NCBI GenBank assembly: GCA_030390025.1
Contig: CM059432.1
Location: 128,838,001-128,902,000 of the forward strand
Direction: 5' to 3'
From: Squalus acanthias
Taxonomy: Eukaryota
Length of the DNA stretch: 64,000 nt
Part shown: positions 24,072-36,559 of the stretch, in pieces
Numbering within the stretch: position 1 is the first letter of the stretch
How the letters are laid out: the number at the start of each line of letters is the position of its first letter
The notes under the pieces: model-generated
What the model was told of the DNA's origin: nothing
What the model saw: only the letters and a program-made list of their open reading frames with translations
Database searches by the model: none
Made by a program: the position numbers and the translations under genes

Positions 24072-24759
24072 GGGCTGGATTTTGAATGCCCCGTGGAGTC
24101 AGGGTTTGGAGGCGTGGGGGGGGGTTAAAGTTGCAGGGTCGGGGGTCCCGACCCCATCCCGACTCCATCCCGCCTCCACGCAAGAGGCGGGAGAGTCCAT
24201 TAAAGCCCTTAACAAGCCCTAAATTGGCTCTGTAATGCCATTTTGAAACGTTTTAGCTAGTTTAACCCTTTTCCGACGTGAAGTACGCCTGATGTGAAAC
24301 ACTCCAGTGAAACCTGGCGGGAGCACAAGTGGATAGCTGGCTATCAGCTGCAGGTCCACTATTACAACGGAGATGTGATGAAAGTCGCCTCTGATGCTGC
24401 TGCATTGAATGTCTTCAGAGACTGCCTGGGAGGACTTGGTTGCAAAAAATTCTCTCTCTCTCTCTCTCTCTCCCCCCCCGCTGGTCATTTTGCATCCAGG
24501 TACACTCACAGCAAAAGCCAGGCAGCCTCTGACCTGCAATGCAGCAGCAATGATGACATCATCAGAGGCGACTTTCAGACTGAAACCACTAATTGTTCAT
24601 GGGTTCCCACATGCTGGAACTCAATTGCCCAATTAAGTGAAAATTGCATCAATCTCCCACATCCATTTTCAGGCGGGTGGATAACACAAAATGCAGATGA
24701 CACGACCCCAACCCGACCCCAACCCGCCCCCAACTCAACCCTAAGACAAAATCCAGCCC
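24072..24759. mobile_element. Harbinger-type MITE, copy 1
   Basis: TIRs GGGCTGGATTTT / AAAATCCAGCCC. Inverted homolog of 27382-28023. TSD is not clean. Confidence 0.8.
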
Positions 24760-25107
24760 AATATGTGGGAAATAACTTGGCTTCTATTTTAACCCACCGC
24801 ACCCGGTGGGAATGGAGCGGGGGGCCTTTAAAATTGAGCCATTTGCTTTACCGCCCCGTCCCCACTGTAATTGCACTGGCCGCCATTTTAACTACTTGCT
24901 GCCTTTAGGTGGCTGAGGCACTTGTCAGAAGTAGGTGGGTGCTTTATCAATGCAAGAAAATCGGGGTGCTATGATGTAATTAGGACCCGACGTGAGTTTA
25001 ATTTAGCAGGACGGAAGTCCCTCCCAGTTCTCAACTGTGGGACCTCCTTGGAAGACCCGCGCCCCGCTTGGACTGAGCGCTTCCTCAACGAGGTATCTGC
25101 CAGCAGC

Positions 25108-25275
25108 ATGGAAACCATTTATTTCCTTTCACCATGGACCTCAGATTCGGATGAGGAGCAGCCACGGCAGCAGCAGAACCAGGCAGCTCAGCAGCAACAG
25201 CAACAGGAGCCCCAACCTCCTGCTCACCCACCTGATGCTGCACAGAGCAGAAGGCGCCAGCGCATGGAAGCACGT
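25108..25275 (+). pseudogene. Harbinger transposase N-terminal fragment
   Basis: METIYFLSPWTSDSDEEQP(Q-rich)PPDAAQ aligns by eye to element A 7021-7190, YAIYTVSPWSSESDHDEP(Q-rich)PDAPQ. Confidence 0.7.
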
Positions 25276-27381
25276 GGTGTGCATGTACATAGATCCCTGA
25301 AGGCAGCAGGACAGGTAGATAAGGTGGTTAAGAAGGCATATGGGATATTTGCCTGTAAAATTCGCAATTATCGCGATTCGAAATAACGAGATAAAGCAGA
25401 TTCGTTTCATCAGTTTTATTTCAACAAAATGCTGTCATGATTAAACAGGACACAGAAGCCTGTAAAATGGTCGCCGCGCCTCGTGGCAGAAGCTTCCAGA
25501 ATTTTCAGTGGGCAGACAAAATGGCGTTCGAATAAACATTTATAAGTAATACGCAGCAAACACTGATAAAGACAGGATGCAACCTGTCTGCATTCGACAC
25601 AATAGCAAAGATATAAGTGCTGGAATCATTTTCCATGCACAAGTAAGGACCATTGTACTGCGCAATCGAAGGCCCATCCAGATACATCAATACGCAAATT
25701 CCCCCACGGCTCTACAATGAGAGAGCCATTCTCGGGTGATTAAGTCAGTATTCGAGGAGGCCCCAAAACCAGTCAGGGAGGCTCCCAGCCGGTTCGACAA
25801 TGGGGAAAACATTAACGGATAGTTGGCCAGTTTAAGGTGCTACCGAAACCCATTAAAGGAAAGAATTGCCCCATGCTGGGAGTTTTGTGCACCAGTATTA
25901 CACAAAGGACAAACATTAAGATTTGAGCGGGAGATAAGGGAACCCAGCACTATAACTATAGTGAACAAATGTCCATCGGTCTCTTGACTCGCTTATTCTC
26001 TGGATTCGACTCTTATCTTGATTCGACTCTTGACTCGGGCTGAACTCTTGCTTATTATTCTCTTATCTGGCTGATGACTGCTGAACTCTTATTCGCTTGC
26101 CGCTTCATGGACTCGCTTGACTGGTGAGCTTTTGATTGTCTCTCTGGACTTCTACAACCGTGTCCGAGCACTGTCGAGTTCTTCATGACAACGGGGAGCC
26201 CAGCCTGCTTGCTGGAGCAGCGAAGATAAACAAGTGGGGTACAGAGACCCCTTCAAACACGTGACAGTCAGGCGCTGCAACGAAACGAGCCGAGTGCCTC
26301 ATTTTAAAATTCTCCGAAGTATCACGAGTGGTGAGCATGTTTCCTTGATCCTACAAATCTAGATTAGTGTAGGTATTGATAGGGGAGGGTGGTTTTATTA
26401 AGGATAAATAGAATGTGTTCCCCTTTTTACGATGTGCCGTGCGTTCCTCATTACCCTAGACCAAGTTTTATGAATGTATGTATACTTGTACTGTCATTAA
26501 TTTGTGCCTATGACATGTACTTCATGATTTTGGACGTTATGCAATAAAGATTTCCATTTCGTACTATTCAACCGTGTCTATTTGAGTTTTCTCTGCATTA
26601 CTGCTCTCGCACCTAAGTCCAGTGTTAGAACCGTAAGGGCGAGTGGGTCGAACCACTCACAGGTGCTTATTGCAACAAGGCTGGCCGGAGACCAGAGCAA
26701 GCAATAGTATTAGGCAACGAAGGCCTAACCCCGCACAAGCACCTACGACCGAACCCCTTACATGCCTTCATTAGCCAAGGCATAGAATATAAGAGCAGGG
26801 AGGTTATGATGGAGCTGTACAAAACGCTAGTTAGGCCACAGCTGGAATACTGTGTGCAGTTCTGGTCGCCACACTATAGAAAGGATGTGATTGCATTAGA
26901 GAGGGTGCAGAGGAGATTAACCAGGATGTTACCTGGGCTGGAGCGTTTCAGCTATGAAGAGAGACTGGACAGGCTGGGGTTGTTTTCCTTAGAGCAGAGA
27001 AGGCTGAGGGGGGACCTGATTGAGGTGTACAAAATTATAAGGGGCATAGATAGGGTAGATAGAAAGGAACTTTTCCCCTTAGTAGAGGGGTCAATAACCA
27101 GGGGGCATAGTTTCAAGATAAGGGGCAGGAGGTTTAGAGGGGAATTGAGGAAAAACTTTTTCACCCAGAGGGTGGTTGGAATCTGGAACACACTGCCTGA
27201 AAGGATGGTAGAGGCAGGAATCCTCACAACATTCAAGAAGCATTTAGATGAACACTTGAAATGCCATAGCATACAAGGCTACGGACCAAGTGCTGGAAAA
27301 TGGGATTAGAATAGATAGGGCTTGATGGCCGGCGCGGACACAATGGGCCGAAGGGCCTCTTTCTGTGCTATATAACTCCAT
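25276..27381 (+). mobile_element. 5'-truncated CR1 LINE, interrupted by a solo LTR
   Basis: Removing the LTR restores VDKVVKKAYGIFA|FISQGIEYKSREVMMELYKTLVRPQLEYCVQFWSP...AGKWD. The tail continues ACTCTATG after the MITE at 28023. Confidence 0.92.
25354..26762 (+). mobile_element. Solo LTR (~1.4 kb)
   Basis: TGTAA...TTACA termini, 4-bp TSD TGCC (25350-25353, 26763-26766), TATAA at ~25951 and AATAAA at ~26543. Confidence 0.9.
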
Positions 27382-28023
27382 GGGCTGGATTTTGATACTG
27401 GGGTGGGTTGGGGTCGTGTCATCCACTTTTCGTGTTATCCACCCGACTGCAATTGGATGTGGGAGATTGATGCGATTTTCACCTAATTGGGCAATTGAGT
27501 TCCAGCATGTGGGAACCCATGAACCAATTAGTGTTTTCAGTCTGAAAGTCGCCTCTGATGATGTCATCATTGCTGCTGCATTGAAGGTCTGCAAAGATTG
27601 CCTGGCCTTTGCTGTGAGAGGACCTGGATGCAAAATGAGCAGCAGCAGCCCTAAGTCTGCTCCCAGATATTTTTGCACCAGCACTCCCAGATATGTCTCC
27701 GCCACCACACAGACAGATGGACAGACAGACAGATGTGCTCCCGCCAGGTTTCACATTCGTGGTTCAGAACTGGCGTGCTTCACGTAGAAAAAGGGTTAAA
27801 ATCACAAAGGCCTTTCAAAATGGCATTGTAGAGGCAATTTAGTGCTTGTTAAGGGCCTTAACAGCCTATCCCGCCTCTTGGAGACGGGACTAGCAGACAC
27901 GATTTAATGAAAATTGCGTGGAGGCGGGATGGAGGCGGACTTGTGCCCGCCCGCCAGTTTTTGCAATTTTAACCCCCCACACGCCTCCAAACCCACCTCC
28001 ACGGGTCAATGAAAATCCAGCCC
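27382..28023. mobile_element. Harbinger-type MITE, copy 2
   Basis: TIRs GGGCTGGATTTT / AAAATCCAGCCC and TSD CAT. Inserted in the CR1 tail. Confidence 0.88.
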
Positions 28024-28369
28024 CATGACTCTATGTCCAACCCGCTCAGCAAAAACCTCACAAGATTGGCATCAGGCACTGACTAACTCACTGGAAGCAC
28101 TATTTAAAGGGACACTCAGCTGCAGGCACTCAGATCATAAGCATCTGTGAGTTGTTGTGCTTAGTGACTTTCAGGGGATAGTTGAACTTGGAGATTTCTT
28201 GTTTCTGTCATTTTGTGCCTTACTCACCCTGATTAAGCTCTCACAGGTGCCATTTCTTGCTTCATTTCTTTGGATGAACAGTTGGACCGGCAGCGTTAAC
28301 AACCAGGACAAGCAGCACGTGGGCCTCTTAGAAGACAGCAGGTGATGGGGGTGTGTGGGTGGTGCTGCT

Positions 28370-29978
28370 TGTAGAAGCCCTTACCCAGCTCACAGGGTCG
28401 ATAGACTAAGTCACTTTCCTGCATACGATTGAGCAGCAGTGCATCTGAAGGCTGTGCTTTACCATATAGGCTGCCGCTGATCTATGCAGCCTCCTGCAAC
28501 TGAACCAGCTACCTGTGGCCTAGGTGGCCATGCTTTGTCAGTGGCTGTCAAAGTCACCACTGCCCTTAACGTTTTTGCCTCAGACTCCTCCCAGGCTGTT
28601 ACAGGGGACATCACCTGCATCTCCCAGTCTACAGTGCATAGGTGTATCAAGCTGGTCACCAAAGACCTTGGGGGAAAAATTCGGTTGCTTTGCGCCTCCC
28701 GTTAGCGCCCTAAGAGGGCGCTAATGGGGCACAAAGCAACTAGCGCCTGGGCGTGGCGATATTTGCGCCGCTCGCGAAATTGATTAGACATTTTGTGACG
28801 GCGCTAAACACTACCGCCACGATCTCCTGCACCCGCAGATCGTGACATCAGCCGAGCATGCAATGCCCCGGTAGCGCCCCGGACCGGATATTGAGTAGCG
28901 CCCCCTGCCTTACCGCCTGCCGCTAGCAACAACAGGTTGAGGGGAGCGTTTTGCAGTCGGTAAGGGACTGGGGGAGCGCTATTTAAAGGCAACCGCTTCC
29001 TGCCTTTTTTTGTCAGCGACATTTTTGCACCACGCATTCTGAGAGAGAGAGAGAGACTTCTGGAGTGATTCAACGTTGTGTGAAGGAGTTTTGGGTACTG
29101 AGCAGCACTTGGCAGGTTCATTTTGATTTGACCTTCCTTGTATCGATTTAGAAGAGACAATGGGGACTGCACTCTGAGCTCTTTCCCTGGGCTTCTCCAT
29201 TGTTCTTTCCAGCAGATTTGATGTACAGGTCTCTCCAGGCCGAGATTCAAGGCTGCAATGAGCAGGGTGTGGATGGAGAGCAAGATCGACCCTCCCCTTT
29301 AAGAACTGGCCGGCGCCAGTGTGTCTGTGTTCCATTGCTGACTGACATCACATGAGCTTTGCCAGCGCTCTGAGGTAGTGCCTCACTCCTCGGCGTTAGT
29401 GCCTTAAGAGAGGTGTGTAGCACCTGATTTAGCGCTCCAATCACCTCCAGAAGCCAAGTTTGCAATCGGAGGCGATAATAGCGGCAGGTGCTAAACTTTG
29501 CGCCTGGCCGATAATTGCGCCCCAAACGGGGTGATACTGAATTTCTCCCCCCTTACCTTCCCCATGGACGTCAACACTCAAAATGAGAGAGCTCTGGGAT
29601 TTGCAGCAGTGACTGGCTTCCCTCATGTCAAGGGGGGTTATAGACTGCACTCCTGTAGCCATTAAGGCACCAGAAGACAGGACGGCCAACACTCAATGAA
29701 CGTCTAGCCGGTGATTAATCACCACCTGCAAGTCTGTGCCAGGTTTGCAGGCAGTTGCCACGGGGGCCTTCATTCTGCAGCACTCATCCATCCCCTCACT
29801 ATTCCACCCTTCCAGGAATCTAAGAGAATGGCCATCTGCGGACAAGGGCTACTTCCTGCACACATGACGAATTACATCGTTCCGCAAGCCCACCACACCT
29901 GAATAGCTTGGGTACAATCACTGCCATGGTTCCACCAGGAACATCATTGATAAAACTATTGTGCTATTGAAGCATTAG
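28370..29978 (+). pseudogene. Decayed Harbinger transposase, split by the MITE at 28670-29551
   Basis: GGHALSVAVKVTTALNVFAS before the MITE; TFPMD...ERALGFAAVTGFPHVKGVIDCTPVAIKAP and VCARFAGSCH after it. Confidence 0.85.
28670..29551 (+). mobile_element. Non-autonomous Harbinger C (internal-deletion derivative)
   Basis: TIRs GGGGGAAAAATT / AATTTCTCCCCC and TSD CTT. Right end is nearly identical to the right end of element B. Homologous to 60465-61357. Confidence 0.92.
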
Positions 29979-30194
29979 CAGTCCTTGTTACCCCTCTTCA
30001 CCACTCCCTTAAAGCACTAAGGAACATTGAAACCATTCAGTCAACTTTGATATCAATGACATACAGACAATGAAAGCTGCTATGAAAAGATACTCCAGAT
30101 CAAAGTGGCAAATGTGATATAGCTGATTAATTTAATGCCATATGCAATAATTGCCTTGAATTAATCTCTCACCCAAGTGTCAACCCATAGTGCC

Positions 30195-32815
30195 TTTCTT
30201 AAAAGTAGGTTTAACAACTCTACTACTCCTACAAGGTGCCCCCGAGTGGCCTCAGAAAATCTGCTGGAAGGCTGTTCTTGCTCGTGCTGGGTCCCTTGAG
30301 TTGCTCATGGCCGGTGCCTTTTGGGTGCTCGAGCCTGTGCGTGTCTGGCTGCAGACTGCAGCACCTAAACTGCTGGCGGGGCTGCCTGGCCTAGCTGGCT
30401 TTCTGGCACCGTGGCGGGTATTGGTTGAGGAGCTGGCGAGGGAGCGGACGTGCTGACATCCTGAGAGAGAGAGAGAGGAACTTCTCCCGCTGTCCCACTC
30501 CCATGGGTCTGAGGCTCATCAGACCCACTGACCTGCAGGACAGCAGACTGCAGAAGATGAGTGACGCCTTGAAAGCCCCTATTTATTCGGTCCGCCAGTC
30601 TCTCCAAGGTGGAGCCCAGAGTCCGCATGGAAGCCATTTGAGTTTCCACCAAAGCTGTTTTGAAGGTCCAGGTGAAAAGTCGCTGGCCACACTCTTCAAG
30701 GTAGACTGCAAAGTGCTGCTGCCATGAGAGATGATGCCACACAAGCTGGAAGTGGACTCCTCCATACTTTTAGCCATGGTGCTAAAACTCCTTAGCAGGC
30801 CTTCCAATAACTTGAGGCAAGCAGGTTTTCTTTTCATAGCTGGGCCCCTGAAGTCCACACCTCTGTCCTCCTCAGCAAAACTGTGAGAGGACCTCATCCT
30901 TTGGCGAGCCACCAGCTGGGTTGTCCCTGCCACAACTCCCTGCTCGCTTGTGCTGGGTGAGCCACCAGTGTAACTCGCAGTTTAGCCCACCCGGGGAGCC
31001 AGTCTCTGTGCTGGTACTCGAGAGGAATGGAGCGTGTGACAGTGCCTCCTAAGAAGGATTGTCCTCCTCTGCGGTGTGTTCTTCTGCAGGGTCTTGCTGC
31101 TGAGAAGGACCTAGAAGAACGAGAAAAGGAACATGAGCTAGCCTGGCACTGAAAGGCTGCACAGTGACACCCATATCCCCAGAATAAATAATAAAGATAA
31201 AGCAGCAGATGACAGGCTTCACAAGGCAGCTTGATGTTGTCAATCTGGCTGAACATGCGTTTTTCTGAGGTACATAAAAGGGTACAAGTAATAGTCAGAG
31301 ACCCTGTTCAGGTAAGCCGCCAGACTCAAAGGCCCTGATAGAAGGGTGGGTTTTCTGAGCGGGAGGAGGGGGAGGGGCTGCGGGGGAGAATTTTCGGTAA
31401 GCTGAGTAACTCCACAGTGTATGTATTTTTTTTGACAGGTTCCCCACCCAGAAGTCAACCTGATTGACAGGCTTGGTTTCTAGTCGGGCGGGGAGCGCTC
31501 CGGAGCAGACCACAGCCACAGGGAAGGAGCCTACAACTGCTAGTGGGAGTGTGGGGGGCGTGGGGTGGATCCAATTCCCGACCTGGGGGTGGAACTCTGT
31601 TCCCGGGTGGGGACCGATCCCCGATCTGGGGGGGGAGTCTTTGGATGGCGGGGGGAGGACCCGATCCCAGGGAAGCAGGTTAGCTTGGTAGGCTGGGGGA
31701 GGAAAGCAGTCCTTCTCCTCCTGGCCCACAAGCAATGCTGTAACGACACTTACCTTTTCCCTAACGCTATCCTTGCCTCCCTTGAGCTGTGGGTTTCCCA
31801 AGGCCCACGAAACCCGGCCGGCCACGGTTAAACCTGTAAGACAGGTTAAATGTGAGGCTCCCAGCCTCATTATAATATTTAAATAGCCAACCCGTCTCCT
31901 GGGAGCGGATTGGCTGCCTGCCTCCTGTTCCGCGTCCGTTAAACTTGGAAGTGGGCGGGTTTGAGGCGGCTCGGGGACAGGGTTGAGATTTAAAACATTT
32001 TTTTACATCTCACCCGATCCCAACAAAACCCATTTTCGGGGTTAAAATTCACTCCAAAATCTCCAATGTCCACTGATGTTAAGAGCTTGCTGCTCCAGCT
32101 CGGAGATGATGCTGGGTGTTTCTCCCCCCGGTCTTACTCCTCTCCCTTAGTGTTGTGTGCCCTTTTCTCCTGCAGAGAGAGAGTGAGAGTTAGTGAGTGT
32201 CCACCAAAAAGGAGTGTGCACAGTTGTGGGGCTTCTGTTTGTCGTGCAAATGCGGAGAGGGAGAATAAGCAGAATGCAAGTAAGATGGGGGCAGTGTTGA
32301 ATGGAAAGCAAGTGGCTGGAGTGTGAAGTCAAGAAGGAGTCATCACAGGAGTTCCTTGTTCTGCAGTAGCTTTCGTGTGAGAAGAGAATGCTGTTCATGG
32401 CTGTTGTGAAGGCAACAAGCAAGAGGTGAATGTGTGTTTGGACTGAGAATGAAAGGTGGTATAGTCTGATGGGTCATGAAAGATATGATGCAGGGGTGGG
32501 AAATGTTGAGAGTGCTGGGTGGAAGGAAGGGAGGGACTGTTGCTAGGTGTTAGTGAGAGAGATGGAGAAATGAAGAGTTGGAATCACCCTTGCTGCTCTT
32601 GTCAGATTATTGAGAAGTTTCCTGCACTTCCTGCTGCTGGAGCTGACTATCTCAGCCACCTCTCTCCAGGCCCGGAGCATGTCCATGTTGGGTTTCTTCC
32701 TTCCAATGTTTGGAAAGAGAACTTCCCTCCTCGTCGTGGCTTCTTCCACCAGGATCTCCAAGGAGGCTTCAGAGAACCTGGGGGCTTATTTTTGACTCAC
32801 CTTTGCAGTTGGCAT
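30195..32815 (-). pseudogene. Decayed Harbinger Myb/SANT-like gene
   Basis: Exon 1 APRFSEASLEILVEEATTRREVLFP...AWREVAEIVS...CRK..NNLTRAAR. Exon 2 follows CTGCAG| and reads EKRAHN. Exon 3 has SFSTMAKSMEES, similar to A and B. Confidence 0.8.
31382..32055. mobile_element. Probable MITE inserted in the Myb-like gene
   Basis: GC-rich block bounded by GGGGAGAATTTT / AAAATTCACTCC. The left boundary is uncertain. Confidence 0.4.
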
Positions 32816-33223
32816 CACTAAAAGACAGCAATCTCAGTCAAATGACTGCACCCTCCCTTTAAGATCTGCGCTCCCGCTTTAAATAGGCCTCTGGAGGCCC
32901 GCTGAAAAGTTGCTCCCAGACAGTGAGCGGGCTTCCTGTTCCCAACATGATCGGGTGGGAAACCCGCCAGTCAAATTTAAGTGAGGCTCAGGAGATAAAA
33001 ATTTCCTGGGCCCGAACTCGAGGCCAGCGAGTGAGTTTTGCACTTGCCATGCCCTCCCCTTAACCCCCTTCCCCCTCCCCCCCACTCATCGATACCCGCT
33101 CTGGGTTAAAATTGACCTCTGTGTTTAAATCTATTATGCAGACAATGTTGGAGTTATTGCAAAAGAGTTCATTTGAAAGGTTGGATAAGAGGAAAGGTAA
33201 TAAATTCAAGCCAACAAGGGTTT

Positions 33224-34389
33224 ATGTGTCCTAGCTATGCCTGCCTTTTCGTGGGATATGTGGAACACTCTTTGTTCCAGTCCTACTCGGGTCCCCTCCC
33301 TCACCTCTTTTTCCGATACATTGATGACTGTATCGGTGCCGTCTCCTGCTCTCGCTCTGAACTAGAAAATTTCATTCACTATGCTTCCAATTTCCACCCT
33401 TCCCTCACATTCACATGGTCCATCTCCGACACTTCCCTTCCCTTCCTCGACTTCTCCGTCTCCATCTCTGGAGATAGGTTATTGACTAACATTCACTACA
33501 AGCCCACTGACTCCCACAGCTACCTGGACTACACTTCCTTCCACCCCGCCTCCTGTAAGGACTCTATTCCATTCTCCCAGTTTCTCCGTCTCCGCCGCAT
33601 CTGCTCTGATGTTGCCACCTTCCATACCAGTGCTTCCGACATGTCTTCCTTTTTTCCTCAACTGAGGATTCCCCTCTACCTGTGGTCGACATGGCCCTCG
33701 ACCGTGTCCTGTTCTATCTCCCGCACTTCTGCCCTCACCCCTGCCCCTCCCTCCTGGAACCACGATAGAGTTCCTCTTGTCCTCACCTTTCACCCCAGCA
33801 GCCTCACATTTAATGGATCATCCTGCGCCATTTCCGCCACCTCCAGCGTGATCCCACCACCAAACGCATCTTCCCCTCACCTCCCCTTTCAGCATTCTAC
33901 AGGGACCGCTCCCTCCGCGACACCCTGGTCCACTCCTCTACCACCCCCAGCACCCCTTCCCCTTCGCCCGGCACCTTCCCGTGCAAGCGCAGGAGATGCT
34001 ACACATGCCCTTATACCTCCCCCCTTCCCACTGTCCAGGGCCCCAAGCACCCCTTCCAGGTGAAACAGCGATTTACTTGTACTTCTTGCAATCTAGTATA
34101 CTGTATTCGCTGCTCACGATGTGGTCTCCTCTACATTGGGGAGACCAAACGCAGATTGGGTGACCGCTTTGCGGAACACCTCCGTTCAGTCCGTAAGGGG
34201 GACCCCGAGCTCCCGGTGGCCTGTCACTTTAATTCTCCGCTCCACTCCCACTCTGACCTCACCGTCCTCGGCCTCTTGCATTGTTCCACGGAAGCTCAGC
34301 GTAAGCTCGAGGAACAGCACCTCATCTTTCGTTTAGGCACTCTACAGCCCTCTGGACTCAACATAGAGTTCAACAATTTCAGATCATAA
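33224..34389 (+). pseudogene. Penelope RT C-terminal half + GIY-YIG endonuclease (frameshifted)
   Basis: Motifs PSYACLFVG, FRYIDD, LPFLD, YKPTDSHSYL, SIPFSQFLRLRRICS; and NLVYCIRCSRCGLLYIGETKRRLGDRFAEH...PSGLN. Confidence 0.92.
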
Positions 34390-34782
34390 CCACGGCCCCT
34401 ATCACATATATATATATATTTTTTTTATTTTTTCATCCACCCTTTTGTTTGGCCCCTTTTTTTCTTCTCTCCCTGAAGCTGGCAGCTGTCCTTCATTCCG
34501 CCAGCGCATTTCACACTTCATCTAGCCTCAACCTGTCACATTACCACCTCCTCTTGCCTTGAATATCTCTTAATGTCTGCCTTCTATCCTACCACTGACC
34601 TTCCCTTTTGTTCTTTCATCCCCTCCCCCTTTTCCCAGCATTATACTTGCTTTAAATCTATTTCATTTCCTGCTTTTTTCCAGTTCTGACGAAGGGTCTT
34701 CGACCTGAAACGTTAACTCTGTTTCTCTCTCCACGGATGCTGCCTGGCCTGCTGAGTTTTTCCAGTGTTTTCTGTTGTTATT
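33227..34782 (+). mobile_element. 5'-truncated Penelope-like retroelement
   Basis: TSD AAGGGTTTATG at 33216-33226 and 34783-34793. Has RT and GIY-YIG coding sequence and a hammerhead in the 3' pseudo-LTR. Inserted in old CR1-like sequence. Confidence 0.93.
34682..34718 (+). ncRNA. Minimal type I hammerhead ribozyme motif
   Basis: Reads AGTT-CTGACGA-A-GGGTC-TTC-GACCT-GAAAC-GTT-AACT: stem I AGTT:AACT, palindromic stem III AACGTT. Confidence 0.72.
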
Positions 34783-35179
34783 AAGGGTTTATGAAGGGCA
34801 TGTCATGTCTAATAAAAGTATTAGGCTTCTCTGAGATGAAAATAAGACAGTGGATGGTATGTATTTTGGATTTCAAAAAGCATTTAAAAGCCCATAGTAT
34901 CCAATTTAAATTGTAAATTAGATTATTATGTGGTTGGATAATAGGAAATGGAGGTTAATTGCCAATGATTATAATTCTAATTGGGAACTGTGACCAGGGA
35001 TTAGTCCTGAGGCCCTTACCGTTCATAGTATTTATGAATGTCTTCCACAAATTTATGTTATGTACAATTATCACTATGCTAAGTGGTAAACCAGATAACT
35101 CTCAAATACTGTACAGCTGAACAGGTCAGTTATAAATGGTATGTCACACTGAAACGTGAAAGGCAATTTATTTTGCTCT

Positions 35180-35712
35180 TAAAAGCAATGGCACCACCTT
35201 CAACATCTTGGCAGGGGAGGGTCCACCATTGGCCAGAAGCATAATGGGGACAGCCAAATGAACATCATGGCTACAAGAGCAGGGAGAGGATGGGAACCCT
35301 GCACACCTCCTGGTCCCTCGAAGCCTCTCCCCCATCTATAGACTCAAGTCTGGAGTGTGATGGAATGCTCAACACTCGGCTGGACGGGTGCAGCCATAAC
35401 AACACTCAAGAGACTCAACACCATCCAGGACAAAGACGTATGCTTGATTGCACTCATGTCACTGGATTCAGTATCCACCACCATGCACTAAGACTGCAGA
35501 CTGTACAATCTACAGGATGCACTGCAGTAACTCTGCAAGGTTACTTCAATAGCATCTCCCTTCTGTGCAATCACTACCACTGAGGAGGGCAAGTATAGCA
35601 ATGTCTTGGGAACACCATCACCTCCAAGTTCCCCTCCAAGTCAAACACCATCCTGACCTGGACATATACCCCTTCTTTCATTCTCGTTGGGTCAGTATCC
35701 TGGAATTCCCTC
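35180..35712 (+). mobile_element. Degenerate 3' part of a CR1-group LINE (family of 36560-38869)
   Basis: ATGGCTACAAGAGCAGG matches the end of the 36560-38869 copy. GGGAACACCATCACCTCCAAGTT matches the minus strand of 54430-54465. Confidence 0.65.
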
Positions 35713-36559
35713 CATTTCGTAGCTGCCCTCATGAGCTCTGAATCAAGACATGGCTTAACAGGGGCCTTGGCAATGCCCAACCTTTGCTCAGCAGTAACCA
35801 GTTCTTCTTTCACCCATCTCCTCTGCCAATGTGAATTTACTCACCTTGGGATTCTATCCATAAATCTGTGAAATACTTTGGATTAAATGTCTCTGGATTC
35901 AAGCTGTGATGACACTGAGTGCTGTGGCAAAGTTAATCATTGAGAGGGCCAGTCTGGCTGCTCTTGTGGTTCTGGCATATCTGAAACTAGAAGAAAAAAA
36001 GGCAGATGACAAGTTATGGGCATACTTTTGGATGTCGTGGTTGCCCAAATACAATCTACACATTTCGAGGAACAGTGCACTTGTTGCTTCACACCTACTA
36101 AAATGTGACTGCATAGCAAAGTATGTGATTTCCACCGTGCAAACCAGAAGCATGTTCCTCTCCTCCATCTTGAGAGTCATGTCTCTCACGTGATTGAGGG
36201 TTTGCTTGATGCAGTATGATAGTATTTGTGCTCAATCCCTTCCATCTATATTCTCACAGTGGCAAGGAGTTATATACTCTGGCCTGTAGGATTAGCTCCT
36301 TACTTTGACCTTATATTTGAATTTATTAGCATGCAGAGCAGAAGCCAGTGCTGAAATGATGGAAGAACAACAGTGCTCAGTCTTGGCAGAGAACTATGAT
36401 GATTCCCATTGTGGCCAAATCCCTGTTTGCACAGAAGGTGGATTTGGCTGCCTGTATCTTATCCCACACCAGGTCCTGCTCACCCACCATTCCTATCTCT
36501 GCTGACCTACATTGGCTCCTGGGCCTCACAACGCCTCCGGCTACGGACACGACAACGGC

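Larger units (their letters stand above)
24779..33119 (+). mobile_element. Degenerate, multiply interrupted Harbinger element(s)
   Basis: Ends share ATTTTAACCCA in inverted orientation. Transposase remnants on + and Myb-like remnants on -. May be two fused elements, because two transposase 5' regions are present. Confidence 0.55.

Noticed and set aside
24294..24908. 204-aa ORF and its homolog at 27244-27708
   Set aside because: Both are read-throughs of a GC-rich MITE. Frames shift between copies and no domain is recognisable.
28979..29335. Conserved novel protein (118 aa here, 126 aa at 60691-61071)
   Set aside because: The similarity reflects two copies of one MITE. The ORF starts upstream of the TATA-like motif and runs across the deletion junction into antisense leader sequence.
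35899..36193. Overlapping ~95-aa ORFs and a minus-strand donor-like site at ~35845 as a host exon
   Set aside because: No recognisable protein motif and no consistent acceptor/donor frame.
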